Origin: Rhynchopus sp. YZ270_cl-10
Taxonomy: Eukaryota
Length of the DNA stretch: 64,000 nt
Reading direction: 5' to 3'
Assembly: GCA_964035575.1 (NCBI GenBank)
Contig: OZ037836.1
Location: 1,426,001-1,490,000 of the forward strand
Positions 49,946 through 61,714 of this stretch are shown here, piece after piece (the first letter of the stretch is position 1; the number at the start of each line of letters is the position of its first letter). The position numbers were made by a program, and so were the translations under genes. Under the pieces are notes generated by a model. That model ran no database searches and was not told the origin of the DNA. It saw only the letters and a program-made list of their open reading frames with translations.

Positions 49946-50660
49946 ATGGACCTGAACATCAAGGGTTTCGACACGAATCAACACACAGTCGAGGTGGGTG
50001 AAGATGACACAGTGGAGGGCTTGCGGCGGAAGGTGGCGTCTGCAATGGGGTTGCCTGAAGACAGCTTTTGCATGAGTTTCGGAGACGAAGCGATGGGAGA
50101 AGGAGCGGACATGACGCAGCTGAGTGCTGGTGACACAATCATCCTCACGAAGACGAAGAACGATGTATTGTATCACCTATCTCGGATAGGGGTGCATGCA
50201 TCGAAAACGGCCCCCCACCTCACGAAGACGAAGAAGCAAGAAGCCATTGCAGAACTTCATGCGTTGGGTGTGACCGACATCACAGCCGAGAAGTTGAAGA
50301 GTGTGGAGGATCCTGAGGTGGCGTGTTTGCTTCTGCAGGCGGAGGTTGCGACTGTCATTCCAAATTGGTTCTTGTCAGACACTTCGTTGATGAGACTTGA
50401 TCTCAGTGCTGAGTCCATTGTGACTCACATTGGAGACGCTTCTTGTACAGGTGCACCTCGTTGACAAGTATCAATCTCTCTGGGTTGAGCAATGTGACGC
50501 AGGTTTGACAACTTTCTTGACAGCTGCTGGAGCTTAACCAACGTCGATTTATCACTCAGCAATGTGACGCAGGTTGGTGACTGCTTTCTTGCGAACTGCA
50601 GCAGCTTAACGACCCTGGATTTGTCACCACTCAGCAATGTGACGCATATTCGTAGAGGTT
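49946..50660 (+). pseudogene. UBL-LRR pseudogene with an in-frame insertion, a frameshift at ~50438 and 3' truncation
   Basis: Family leader and UBL are intact. There is a 1-nt loss at gga gac gc|ttc, and homology ends at ...VTHIRRG. Confidence 0.85.
50161..50217 (+). mobile_element. 57-bp hairpin insertion with a perfect 18-bp TSD
   Basis: cctcacgaagacgaagaa at 50143-50160 and 50218-50235. 43-nt stem-loop cgatgta..cctatc-tcg-gatagg..tgcatcg. Confidence 0.9.
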
Positions 50661-51953
50661 ATATCATACATTCCATGACTTTGCGTATAGAAAAGCCTGT
50701 TTCTGGAGCCAGTTTAAAGTGATAAAAAATCGCCAAAAAAAGCCAAAAAAATGTTGCGACCCCGGAATTTTTTCAGATCGATCCGGAAATTCACTTCCGC
50801 CCATTTTCGGGGATCAACAATGCACGGCCTGGGTCGCAAATGCAACTGTCCGTGGACAGATGGATTTTATGAATTTCCCCCCCCCCGATTTTTTTTTCGA
50901 TTTTTATTTCTTTGGAAAGATCGGTTACGAAAACGTTCAATTCCGGGGTCGCACGCTTTTTTTTATGCCTCTGTGGCTGGTTAGGTGATTTTTGGCTGTG
51001 GTACCCCCTTTGGGAACGTTTCTATGCAGGTTTCTTAAGGACTTCCTTAAGAAAAACTCCTCTTTGGGTCGCAACACAGTGGTGTTTGTAAATTGATTTT
51101 TTTTTTGGAGAAAGTTTTCGATTTTTGTTTCTTTGGATTTATTTTTTACAAATCCTTCAATTCGGACAAATTTTTTACCCCGGAAACACACTCCACGGGA
51201 TGCAACTTTTGATGGAGCCGACCCCTTTTTTCACCTTTCTATGCAGGTTTCTTAAGGAATTCCTTAAGAAAACCTCCTCTTTGGGTAGCAATACAGTGGC
51301 GTCTCTAAATTGGATTTTTTTTGAAGAAAGTTTTCGATTTCACGTCGAACACCACAATTTCATCTGAAGCTGTGTTTTCAGACTTGAACATGACCCTTGT
51401 TTACGAGAATCGGCAGTCTCGAAAAGTGCACAGGAATAAAAAAATGGTGAAAACTTAAATACCGAAAACTCGTCCATTTTTCCAAAATGCGCCATCACTT
51501 TCTGCAATTGCACCGCATCGGACGATGCAATCAACAAAAACGCCCAAAAACGCCTCCCCTCTTTTCGTGATCTGGGAACATGCTTGCAAGGGTTTCCTTG
51601 CTAAAACCAGAGAATCTCATACTTCAGTGTAAGGGTACTTTAGCGTATTTTAGCGCACACATGTGACCCCACCGTGGAGAGCAATCGGTTCGCACATTCA
51701 AAAGAACGCAGAGAAAAGGGAAAAAGAAAAAGACAAAAGTTGGGTACCGTGCACCTGCGGCGCTACCTACTGTCAGTATTTCATCTGAATTTGGGTTTTC
51801 AGACCTGAAAATGACCCATGTTTAAGAGTATGGGTTCATATTTTGTGAAAATTTAAGTCACTAAAAATTTGTCCATTTTTCCGTATATCCCCCACCACAG
51901 CGTGGGATTGGCTCGGAAATGCCACAAAACACTGTTTTTTCGCCCCCTGGTGA

Positions 51954-54390
51954 CAGGGCTATCGGTAAGAAGGGGTTTTGGGGGGCATCATATATCATAT
52001 TTCATATTTCAAAATCATATTTCAAAAAAAAAAAAAAAAAAAACACGAGTTTACGGGCAAAAACCCATTCCGAGCTTTCGGCCCCGCACGTTGGCGGGGC
52101 ATCTCCCCTCATATGTGGATATGTCCGGAAAATTTTCAGGAAAGTGCCGGGCAAAAACACATCAAAATGGGTCCGGACATATCCACGGGGGGGGATAGGT
52201 ACTTAAAAAATGGAATTGAAAGCCGTGTTCAAAATCTTTCAATTGCGGCCAGGTACGATCAAACATTTGCATCTGGGGTCCCTTTACCGGTTGGAAAGTC
52301 CCAAAAACCAAAACTCAAAAGTGGGTCCAGGGATTACGCAGCTCCCCCAAAAATAAAAAAAAGTACGTATGGATTTTCAACACGTACAATTCTAAGCAAA
52401 GACAATTCGCGCTTCGCGCGCGCTCTCCCTGGCAAAGTTAGTTGAGAAGGGCTGTGAAAGTTCGAAGAACTGGAGAAATCATCAGTCATGGCACTGGCGA
52501 AGCCACGGTGCGCAACATTTCTAAAAATTGCGATTAAAATTGCCTACTATGTCACGGGAAGGGTGTACTGCAATCTAGCGCCGCAGGCGCACGGTACGCT
52601 ACTTTTTTTCTTTCGCCATGCTGCATGCTCCTTTTCCGGTAAAATAGAAAATTGTCTCCTACAAATAGGATTCTGTAGGGGGTAGGTGAGAGGTGGGGGC
52701 GGAGCCCCACCCCTCACCTACCCCACCCCAGCCCCAATCCAAAACCCAAATTACCTAAGTATGGACACGTATGGATTCCACCTTTTCAAAAACAATTCAC
52801 GTATGGATTTCCATACGTTCCACACGTGGAGCGTAATCTCTGAGTGGGTCCAAAAAACGGCTTGGGGTAAGGGGTTAACAAAAATTTAAAGTTTAAGGTG
52901 TACCTCTGCGAGCGTAGCGAGCGGAAAATTTTTAAGGTGTACTTCCGCGAGCGAAGCGAGCGGGGAAAAAATTGAAGGTGTACCTCCGCGAGCGTAGCGA
53001 GCGGAAAATTTTTAAGGTGTACTTCCGCGAGCGAAGCGAGCGGGGAAAAAATTGAAGGTGTACCTCCGCGAGCGTAGCGAGCGGAAAAAATTTTGAAGGT
53101 GTACATTAAACTTTAAACAAGGGGGTACGCCCACTTTTGTCGTCATCCTAAAATACCCGAAATTGAGCCCAATTGCATTTCCGGATCGATTGCGGAAAGT
53201 GGTAGGGTAAATGAACAACACCAAATACCTACGCCCCCCCGTGCATATGTCCGTGTTGGTCGAGGCTCGGACATATACACATACTCAGTTCAGGTAGTAT
53301 ACTACAGTGTACAGCGGCAAAAACCCATTCCGAGCTTTCGGCTCCGCACGTTGGCGGGGCATCTCCGTTCATATGTGGCCTGGTAAACCCATTCCGAGCT
53401 TTCGGCTCCGCACGTTGGCGGGGCAGCTCTGATCATATTTGGCCCAGGGTCCTCAAGGGGGTGCAAAAAAAATTTTTTGCACCCAAAAATAAAAACTGTT
53501 ATCTGAGTTTAAGCTAGTCTGATAAAGAAAGAAACGAAATCAGAAAAAGAATTTTTCGTTGATCGCACCGGATTTTTGTGGAGTGTGTAGGGACAAAATC
53601 AAAAACTTTTCTGTGAATAAGTTGTGTCGTGTTTACATCGCTCACACCAAAAAATTCGGGCACAACTCAGATATGTTTTCATTTCCTCCCCTACAACCTT
53701 TGCAAGGCAGTTGTCACAAAAAAAAAAAAAAAAAGAAAAGTCGGGGGGTGCAAAAAATATTTTTGCACCCCCCCAAAAAAAAAAAAAAAGTTTTTTTGGG
53801 GCGAAAAATTTTTTGAGGGGGGATTTCAGGCTTCAGCAGGGATTCTCTGGCTTTTCGTCAGCACCACAACGGACACAGCCAAGCACCACTCGGTGGCTGT
53901 CACACTCACAATGTGTGAAAGTGGTGCCAGGGATGCTCCCTGCGATTGTCGCCACCTTTAGCAGTTCCAGGAAAGCAAGCGAAGTGATTACGTGGAAGTG
54001 TATTTCGTTTTATGCATGGGTACTGAGTGTAATTTTCCGCTCGCTGCGCTCGCGGAAGTACACCTTAATTTTTTTTTCCGCTCGCTTCGCTCGCGGAAAG
54101 ACACCTCAATGTGAAGTAAAAAACGGGCGCGGGAAAATTTTTTTGAGCCTCCCACGATTTCACAAAAACCCCAAAAAAAATAGCGTCAGGCCCTGGTTTC
54201 CCCATTTTCCCGTGAATTTTCACACCTCTTCCAACTTTGTCAGGGAGGAGCGCGCGCGAAGCGCGCGCGACGACCGCTTGTGTGGGGAGAAAGCTCGGAA
54301 TGGACTTTTCTGAAGGGTTTTGTACAGAAAAATTTTTGCACCCCTAAAATTCCCAGAGAGGGGTGCAGGCTGAGGACCCTGATTTGGCCT

Positions 54391-54429
<39 letters not shown>

Positions 54430-54471
54430 AAAAAAGGCGATCATATTTCATATCTCTTACCGATAGCCCTG
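51954..54471. mobile_element. 2.5-kb non-autonomous TIR element (17-bp TIR, 9-bp TSD) nested in a hAT-like arm
   Basis: ccctggtga|cagggctatcggtaaga ... tcttaccgatagccctg|ccctggtga. The empty site is visible as the reverse complement at ~29165-29190. Confidence 0.9.
52895..53105. repeat. Tandem ~39-bp units (78-bp dimer) alternating GC-GTA-GC and GC-GAA-GC
   Basis: aaggtgtacctccgcgagcgtagcgagcgg alternates with aaggtgtacttccgcgagcgaagcgagcgg. Inverted relatives lie at ~54030-54107. Confidence 0.9.
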
Positions 54472-55325
54472 CCCTGGTGATGGAAAATAAAATCCCCACG
54501 TAAAAAAAAAATTTTGCACCCCGATTTCAGATTTTTCAAAAATTTCCCCAAAATTAGCGACACCCCTGAATGATCACCCATACAGGGCACTAGCTAGACT
54601 TTTTTTCCCCCGTTTTTTTGCGGTTTTGCGGTTTCAAAAAAAAATTTCGCGCGGCGACAAACTAGAAGGGAAAACACACGAATGAGGGACGGGGAGATTT
54701 TGGGAAGGGGTTATTTACAGGGCATTTTTTACGGGGCTAAACCCGACTGACCCCTGGTGTAATCTCCTGCCAACTTCATTGCATGTATCAGAATGCTTCT
54801 GTGCGTGAGCATGAGTTGCCGCATGGTCTGCACAGCTTCCGACGTTCGCACATACTCCCCCCAGTCTCCTGTTTGCTGTCGACCGTTTTATCACATACTC
54901 CTCCATGTCCGCGGTGGCACGCCGGCTCACTATGCTCTGACTTAATCTCCCTGATCGTGGACCACCCCTCTACCTGAATCGATTGAATTTTCGGTTGCAA
55001 AATGCAACTGTCCAAATTGCAAGGGGATTCCCGAAGACATGGTAAAATAATAAATGGCGCCGCAGGCAAAAAAAATTAGGGTACGGTGGAAAGATGCCGG
55101 TTTTACACCAGAGTCACTCAACAAACCCCTTTTTTTTTGCGAAGCAAAAAAGGAAAATGGCGCCGCAGGCAAAAAAAAATATGGGTTAACTCCGCGAGCG
55201 GAAACTTTTTTGGGGTGTACTTCCGTGAGCGCAGCGAGCAGAAAAAAATTAAGGTGCTATCATGCCAGTCATCTGGGGGTCGGGCGAGGGGGCCCCAACA
55301 GTGCCCAAAACCCCCCACATTTTTC

Positions 55326-57034
55326 TTTTATTCCACTGGGAAATAAAGTATACGAAGGATTTGGCACTTTTAGCGGGATTCTTTGTACTCAGGTAGCTAC
55401 GTAGCCTTCAGGGAGGCAATCGTGTGCTAATACAGAAAGTATCAGTCAAGGCTGTCCTTACAGACGCATGCCAAAGCGGCCGCCACATGGGTGTGGACTT
55501 TAGATTGAAGTTTCATCATTGTACTAGCCCAGGGAGGGTTCCCGGCTACCGGCGAGGTCTCTTCCAATCCGTTCCCTAGTTTCCTAGGGGGGCCTCCTTG
55601 GCTTCACTGGCTAGGGCTCTGCAGGTCCCTCCACACATGTTGTGTGCCTGCCTTCAGCACCCAGGGTAGCATACCCAGCACCTTGTACCCTCAGGTCAGA
55701 CCTTCATAGAGTTTCAGGAGGAGTGCCACAAAAGGGCCCCCGGATGCAATTTAACGTCCAGCCCAGGACGTGGTAGCAGAGATAGGTTCTTGGGAGATAG
55801 ATTCTTTTTAATGATAATTTCACGCAGTTTTTTTATCGCAAATTAAAAACCCGCTCATTGAACTTTATTTCACGCGTTTTTCACTTTTTTTCACTGCAAT
55901 TCCTTCAGAGCGGGATTTTATTTTTGTTTTTTTCACGCTAAAACAGGGGTTTTATTTGGCGATAACTTCACGCTAAATTTTGGTACATCCTGCACCACCA
56001 CCCACGTAAAAATTGAAAATTTCGAATTTTTTTTGCACTTTTCCCATTTTTTTTCTGACACATGCAACATGCCGAAGGATGTAAGACGCAAACGGTCCTC
56101 CGACAGGAGATGGACAAGCACTACAGTGGTTTTGCTGAAGGACTAGCATTGTCGACACCGTACGTCCGTGAATGGGACCGCTTTTTAAGGAATTCATTGG
56201 CAAGCCTGACGGTAAGCCCACGGAAGCCGACTTCGTTTCGTACATAGTGTATCTCCGTGACGATCTCACTATCAAGACGAAGGACACACCACCCCCTTTA
56301 CTTCATTGTGAGGAAGGTGGTGGCTGGCATGATATTCTGTGATGGGCGGGGATCTTCTGAATGTGTCTCGCTCTTGCACGACAGCCATTTCCCGACCTCC
56401 CGCTAGCACCCGAGGGGACACTGAGGTGGCGAGAGGTCGGGATGTAGCTTTGTGTACCGTTGAGGCAGCTTTCCAAACCCGACCACACGCTGCGCTACGC
56501 GCTATGCATACACGTGGTGTGGGCTTTTTAGGCTACATACTGTACGCGCTACACGCAAAATGCCGTTGTTGTGTGTGTAAAAACGTGGGTTGCGTGGTAC
56601 TGCATGGGGTCACACGTGCACCACCCTGTGGCTCACACATGGTTCTGCCACCCCAAAAATGCGTATCCCACCCCACATACCAGGGTATGGGCCCAATTCA
56701 CCAGTTTTTTGCAGGTTCCCAGCGAGCAAAAGCTAGCGGGAGGGTAATGAGAGCTACCTGGAGGGACACATTCTCGTTAGTTATTGCACAATAAATGAGT
56801 CCCGCTAAAAGTGCCAAATCCTTTCGTATACTTTATTTCCCGTGAAATAAAATTACGTATTCACCTCCTTTTAGCGGATTATTTTGCGATACTTCACTTA
56901 TTTTTTTCCCAGGCTCGTGCACTCAATTTGCCTCGCTTCGCTCGGCAAATTAAGTAGCCCTCGCCTGGGAAAAAAATGCGTGAAGTTATCGCAAAATAAA
57001 ACCCCGCTAAAAGGAGGTGAATAAATAGTTATTT
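55326..57034 (+). mobile_element. Degenerate tyrosine-recombinase (Crypton-like) element, copy A
   Basis: ~50-bp inverted repeats (55326-55380, ~56798-56853), a ~165-bp terminal palindrome (56858-57023) and an internally deleted YR-like coding remnant (~56100-56390). Confidence 0.65.
55385..55799. mobile_element. 415-bp insertion with an 8-bp TSD
   Basis: gattcttt at 55377-55384 and 55800-55807; absent from copy B. Confidence 0.75.
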
Positions 57035-57051
57035 CTGCCCCGAGATTTTCC

Positions 57052-57084
<33 letters not shown>

Positions 57085-57093
57085 TCCACAGTT

Positions 57094-58291
57094 CAGGCTA
57101 TTTCCTAATCTGGATTCTGGATCCCACTTTTTTCCGGGGTTTTTCATACTTTTTTCCCGTTTTTTTTTTTTCCTGATTTCTGGATCCGAGTTTTGAAAAA
57201 AATTCGGGAAAAAAATTTTTCCCGTGGCCCAGTGTGGCGGGGGGGCCCCGGGGGGAAAAAATCATGGTTGAACCACGTGAGTACCATGAAACTGGGTTGC
57301 TGACCGCACCATCCAGGCTGTACCTCAATTTTTTTTTGCCTGCGGCGCCATTTTTCCTTTTTTGCTCCGCAAAAAAGGGTTCGGTGTGTGACTATGTGGT
57401 GTAAAAAGATAGATTTTTACACCGTACCCTAAATTTTTTTCGCCTGCGGCGCCATTTGTTTGTTTTTTTTTTTTTTTGCTCCGCAAAAATCCCTATGTTC
57501 CCAATGTCCCTGGTCAGCAGTGCCAAAAAAATTTTGGCACAAAAACAAGCTGACCCCCCAATCTTCCAACGACAGTGACATTTATGTCAACAATTTTTAG
57601 AAATGTTGCGTACCGTGGCTTCGCTTGGGTGCCATGCCTGCCATGACTGCCGTTTATTTTGTAAATGTACTGAGGTTACTGATAATTAGTGTACCACGCG
57701 TGCCTGGTGCAAATATCAATGAAGTGCCGGACTCCGAGGAATTCTCACATTCCGCCGGAGGCCCCCAACTTGAGCTAAGGTGGGGATTTGGGCGCGCGAA
57801 GCGCGCCCGGGCTCGCCACACCTCTACCAAAACCCGCAAAACCGCAAAATCTCACCTATTTTCAGAGTTAGGTGAGAAGCTGGGAAACACTGGAAAAAAA
57901 ATAAAAAAGAAGGGTGGGATTTATCCTAATGATTTATTGGAGCTGCGTTTCACCACGTTTCAAGTACTCTTTATTGTGTCTTGTTTGCAATATATGAGGG
58001 GAGCATGCCCCGCGAACGGAGGGGAGATGCCCCGCCAACGCGGGGGAGAAAGCTCGGAATGGGTTTTTTTTCTGGAAAAATAGTAACTCTGATAGGTAAG
58101 TAAAAGGAAAAAAGGTTTTTTCGTTGATTGCACAATTACCCTGTTTGAGGGGTGATTGGCGACCGTATCTGAGGAACTATTTCTCCTTTAAGCTACGCTT
58201 GTAGGAATAAAAAAAATTTTTTCCCGGAGAAAAATTCTGGATCCAGTTTTTGAAAATTTTCCAAAAAAATCCCGATTTAGGATATGGCCTG
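57094..58291. mobile_element. CAGGC-ended TIR element nested in the left inverted repeat of YR copy B
   Basis: tccacagtt|caggctatttcctaa ... ttaggatatggcctg|gccacagtt. Removing it restores ttttattccacagttaaataaagtatacg. Confidence 0.75.
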
Positions 58292-58605
58292 GCCACAGTT
58301 AAATAAAGTATACGAAGGATTTGGCACTTTTAGCGTGATTCTTTTTAATGATAATTTCACGCCGTGTTTTTTTCGCAAATAAAAGCCACGCTAATTGAAC
58401 TTTATTTCACGCCTTTTCACTTTTTTTCACTGCAATTCCTTCAGAGCGTGATTTTATTTTTGTTTTTTTCACGCTAAAACAGGGGTTTTTTTTTGGCGAT
58501 AACTTCACGCTAAATTTTGGCACATCCTACTCCACCACCCGCCTAAAAATTGAAAATTTCGAAATTTTTTTGCCCTTTTCCCATTTTTTTTTTGCCACGT
58601 GCAAC

Positions 58606-59110
58606 ATGCTGAAGGATATAAGACGCAAACGGTCCTCCGACAGGAGATGGACAAGCACCACAGTGGTTTTTCTGAAGGACTGGCATTGTCGACACCGTAC
58701 GTCCGTGAATGGGACCGCTGTTTAAGGAATTCATTGGCAAGCCTGACGGTATGCCCACGGAAGCCGACTTCGTTTCGTGCATAGTGTATCTCCGTGACGA
58801 TCTCACGTACAAATCGTCGTCGTAATGGACAGCGTTCAGTAAGCTGAGCAGCATATTGGCGAGGAAGTATGGGGTGCAACTGCAAGACCAGTTTCCGAGG
58901 CTCGTGTGTCTCTTGAAGCAACACCAGACGGCTACCGACATGACAGTCCAACGCATTCTGCACTCACGAAACAAGAAATCGACTCCTTCATTACCTATCA
59001 AGGCGAAGGACACACCACCCCCCTTTACTTCTTGTGAGGAAGGTGGTGGCTGACATGATATTCTGTGATGGGTGGGGATCTTCTGAATGTCTCGCTCTTG
59101 CACGACAGCC
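58606..59110 (+). pseudogene. Tyrosine recombinase N-terminal (core-binding + first catalytic box) remnant
   Basis: Frame-corrected YVREWDR.KEFIGKPDGMPTEADFVSCIVYLRDDLTYKSSS*WTAFSKLSSILARKYGVQLQDQFPRLVCLLKQ..KQEIDSFI..VRKVVADMIFCDGWGSSECLAL resembles eukaryotic YR proteins (KxSTLWxxxSxL, PxLxxxLK, xEIxxF, KV..G.R.xE..L). Recognised by eye. Confidence 0.65.
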
Positions 59111-59449
59111 ATTTCCCGCCTCCCGCTAGAACCCGAGGTGTCGGGACACTGAGGGTGGCGAGAGGTCGGGATGTAGCTTTGTGTACCGTTGAGGCAGCTT
59201 TCCGAACCCGACCACACGCTACGCGCTATGCGTACACGCGGTGTAGGCACGTACTGTGTGCGTTACATGCTATATGCCGTTGTTGTGTGTGTAAAAACGT
59301 GAGTTGTGTGGTACTGCATGGGACACATACTCGTTAGTTATTGCACAATAAATGAGTCACGCTAAAAGTGCCAAATCCTTTCGTATACTTTATTTAACGT
59401 GAAATAAAATTACGTATTCAACGCCTTTTAGCGAATTTTTTTGCGATAC

Positions 59450-60740
59450 TGGAGGTACCCTAACTGTTCGGTCCAATTCGGTGTAATTCGGTCCATTTCG
59501 TTTTTTTTTTTTTTCGCAAAGGGAAATTTCCCCTTGTACCAGAAAAACCGAAAAAAACGAAATGAAAACCGAAAAAAACCGAAATGTTAGGGTACCTTTT
59601 TTGGTCGATTTCGTTTTTTTTCCAAAGGGGGGACCCTTTGGTCGCCGAAATTCCCCAGCCAAATTTGGTCGCAAAATCGGCCGATTTTTCAAAAATCTCA
59701 AAAAAAAAAAATCCCAATTTTTTTTTTCACAAGTGTTTTTGAGGCCTGCTCACTACACCCTAGGCACCCTTCTGAGACCAAAAAGTCAAAAAAAGCATGA
59801 ATTGGGCTGTTTTGAGCATCTAGAGTTTATTCCCCAGCCATTTTCTGTACCACCAGTGCACTTTGTATGGGCCAGCGCCTTGTCGAAAAATCGAAAAATC
59901 TCAAAAAAAAAAATTTTTTTTTTCGGGAAAATTTCGACCACTGAGGTGGGTCTTTGGGCACCAAAAAATGCAAAAAAAATGCAAAAATCGGGTGTTTTGA
60001 CCATCTGTGGTTACACAAAACACACTTCTGTGTACAAGCCTACACCAATACAGTGGTAATACAAGGCGATTTTTGACCAAAAAAAAATTTTTTTTTTCGC
60101 CCAAAATCGGGCGTGGTACGTCATAAAATGGCCCAAAAAATCCAAGGAAAACCTTCGATTGGGCAAATTATGAAAAAATTTTTCAAGTCAAATTTTCAAC
60201 CAAAATACGGTCATTTTGTTCACACAGTGATTCTACGTCATGCTAGCTTCCTGTGCAGAACTCCAGCAATTCACCAATGCCGGCATCTATCTTTCCATTA
60301 TCGCCATTGCACTTCGTTCACGCCATTGCACTTCGGTCATTTTGTGCATACCCTGTGACTGTGGTGGCTAGAGAACACGCACATGCAGACCCGTTCCTTG
60401 CAATTTCCAGTGTTGTGTTTATCAATGCATGCATCCAGAGGACCTCTGGTTTACGAAATCGTAGGCACTCCTGTGCAAAAATGAAGTCGGTTTTTGACCC
60501 AAAATCGGGGTGGGTGGGCCATAATTTGCTCCAAATTTGGCCGAAAATTGGGATTTTTCTGAAAATTTTCATTGTGCCCAGCAAAAATCCTTGATTTTTT
60601 GAAGAATTTTCCAAAAAATATGCTATACCCCCTATGACTGGACCCAACTCCCCTCACCCTTTTTTTCCCCTAAAAAAGCCCCCAAAATTCCTACCATTTT
60701 TACCATTTTTACCATTTTTGACCAATTTAGGGTACCTCCA
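59450..60740. mobile_element. Probable TIR element truncating YR copy B
   Basis: tggaggtaccctaa ... ttagggtacctcca (14 bp); no TSD seen. The interior is related to 34440-34740. Confidence 0.45.
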
Positions 60741-60953
60741 CTGGTGTGATTTTCCTAAAAATTAGGTGTAAATTGGGTACTTCTTGGGTCCTTCTAGGGT
60801 ATAGTGATTTTCCTTAGGGCACTTCCTTAAGGAAAACGTGATCTTTTTCCCGAGCTTTCCCTGTGGTTAGTAGCCTTGTTTTCGCAAAAAGTTGGTACAT
60901 CCGAGAGCCCCACGTGTTCGGTGGTGGAAATTTTCTCAAAATCCGGGGTTGGC

Positions 60954-61714
60954 ACCCAGCACCCAGCACCCAGAACCCAGTACCCAGTACCCAGTACCCA
61001 GTACCCAGTACCCAGTACCCAGTACCCAGTACCCAGTACCCAGTACCCAGTACCCAGTACCCAGTACCCAGTACCCAGTACCCAGTACCCAGTACCCAGT
61101 ACCCAGTACCCAGTACCCAGTACCCAGTACCCAGTACCCAGTACCCAGTACCCAGTACCCAGTACCCAGTACCCAGTACCCAGTACCCAGTACCCAGTAC
61201 CCAGTACCCAGTACCCAGTACCCAGTACCCAGTACCCAGTACCCAGTACCCAGTACCCAGTACCCAGTACCCAGTACCCAGTACCCAGTACCCAGTACCC
61301 AGTACCCAGTACCCAGTACCCAGTACCCAGTACCCAGTACCCAGTACCCAGTACCCAGTACCCAGTACCCAGTACCCAGTACCCAGTACCCAGTACCCAG
61401 TACCCAGTACCCAGTACCCAGTACCCAGTTCCCAGTACCCAGTACCCAGTACCCAGTACCCAGTACCCAGTACCCAGTGCCCAGTACCCAGTACCCAGTA
61501 CCCAGTACCCAGTACCCAGTACCCAGTACCCAGTACCCAGTACCCAGTACCCAGTACCCAGTACACAGTACCCAGTACCCAGTGCCCAGTACCCAGTACC
61601 CAGTACCCAGTACCCAGTACCCAGTACCCAGTACCCAGTACCCAGTACCCAGTACCCAGTACCCAGTACCCAGTACCCAGTACCCAGTACCCAGTACCCA
61701 GTACCCAGTGCCCA
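60954..61714. repeat. (ACCCAGT)n microsatellite, ~108 units
   Basis: Seen directly, with few variant units. Confidence 0.99.

Larger units (their letters stand above)
57078..59450 (+). mobile_element. Degenerate tyrosine-recombinase (Crypton-like) element, copy B (3' palindrome truncated)
   Basis: Collinear with copy A; inverted repeats at 58298-58340 and ~59355-59410. Confidence 0.65.

Noticed and set aside
59205..59230. HTLR as the YR HxxR catalytic motif
   Set aside because: It lies only about 45 codons after the first box and the context does not fit, so it was not used as evidence.
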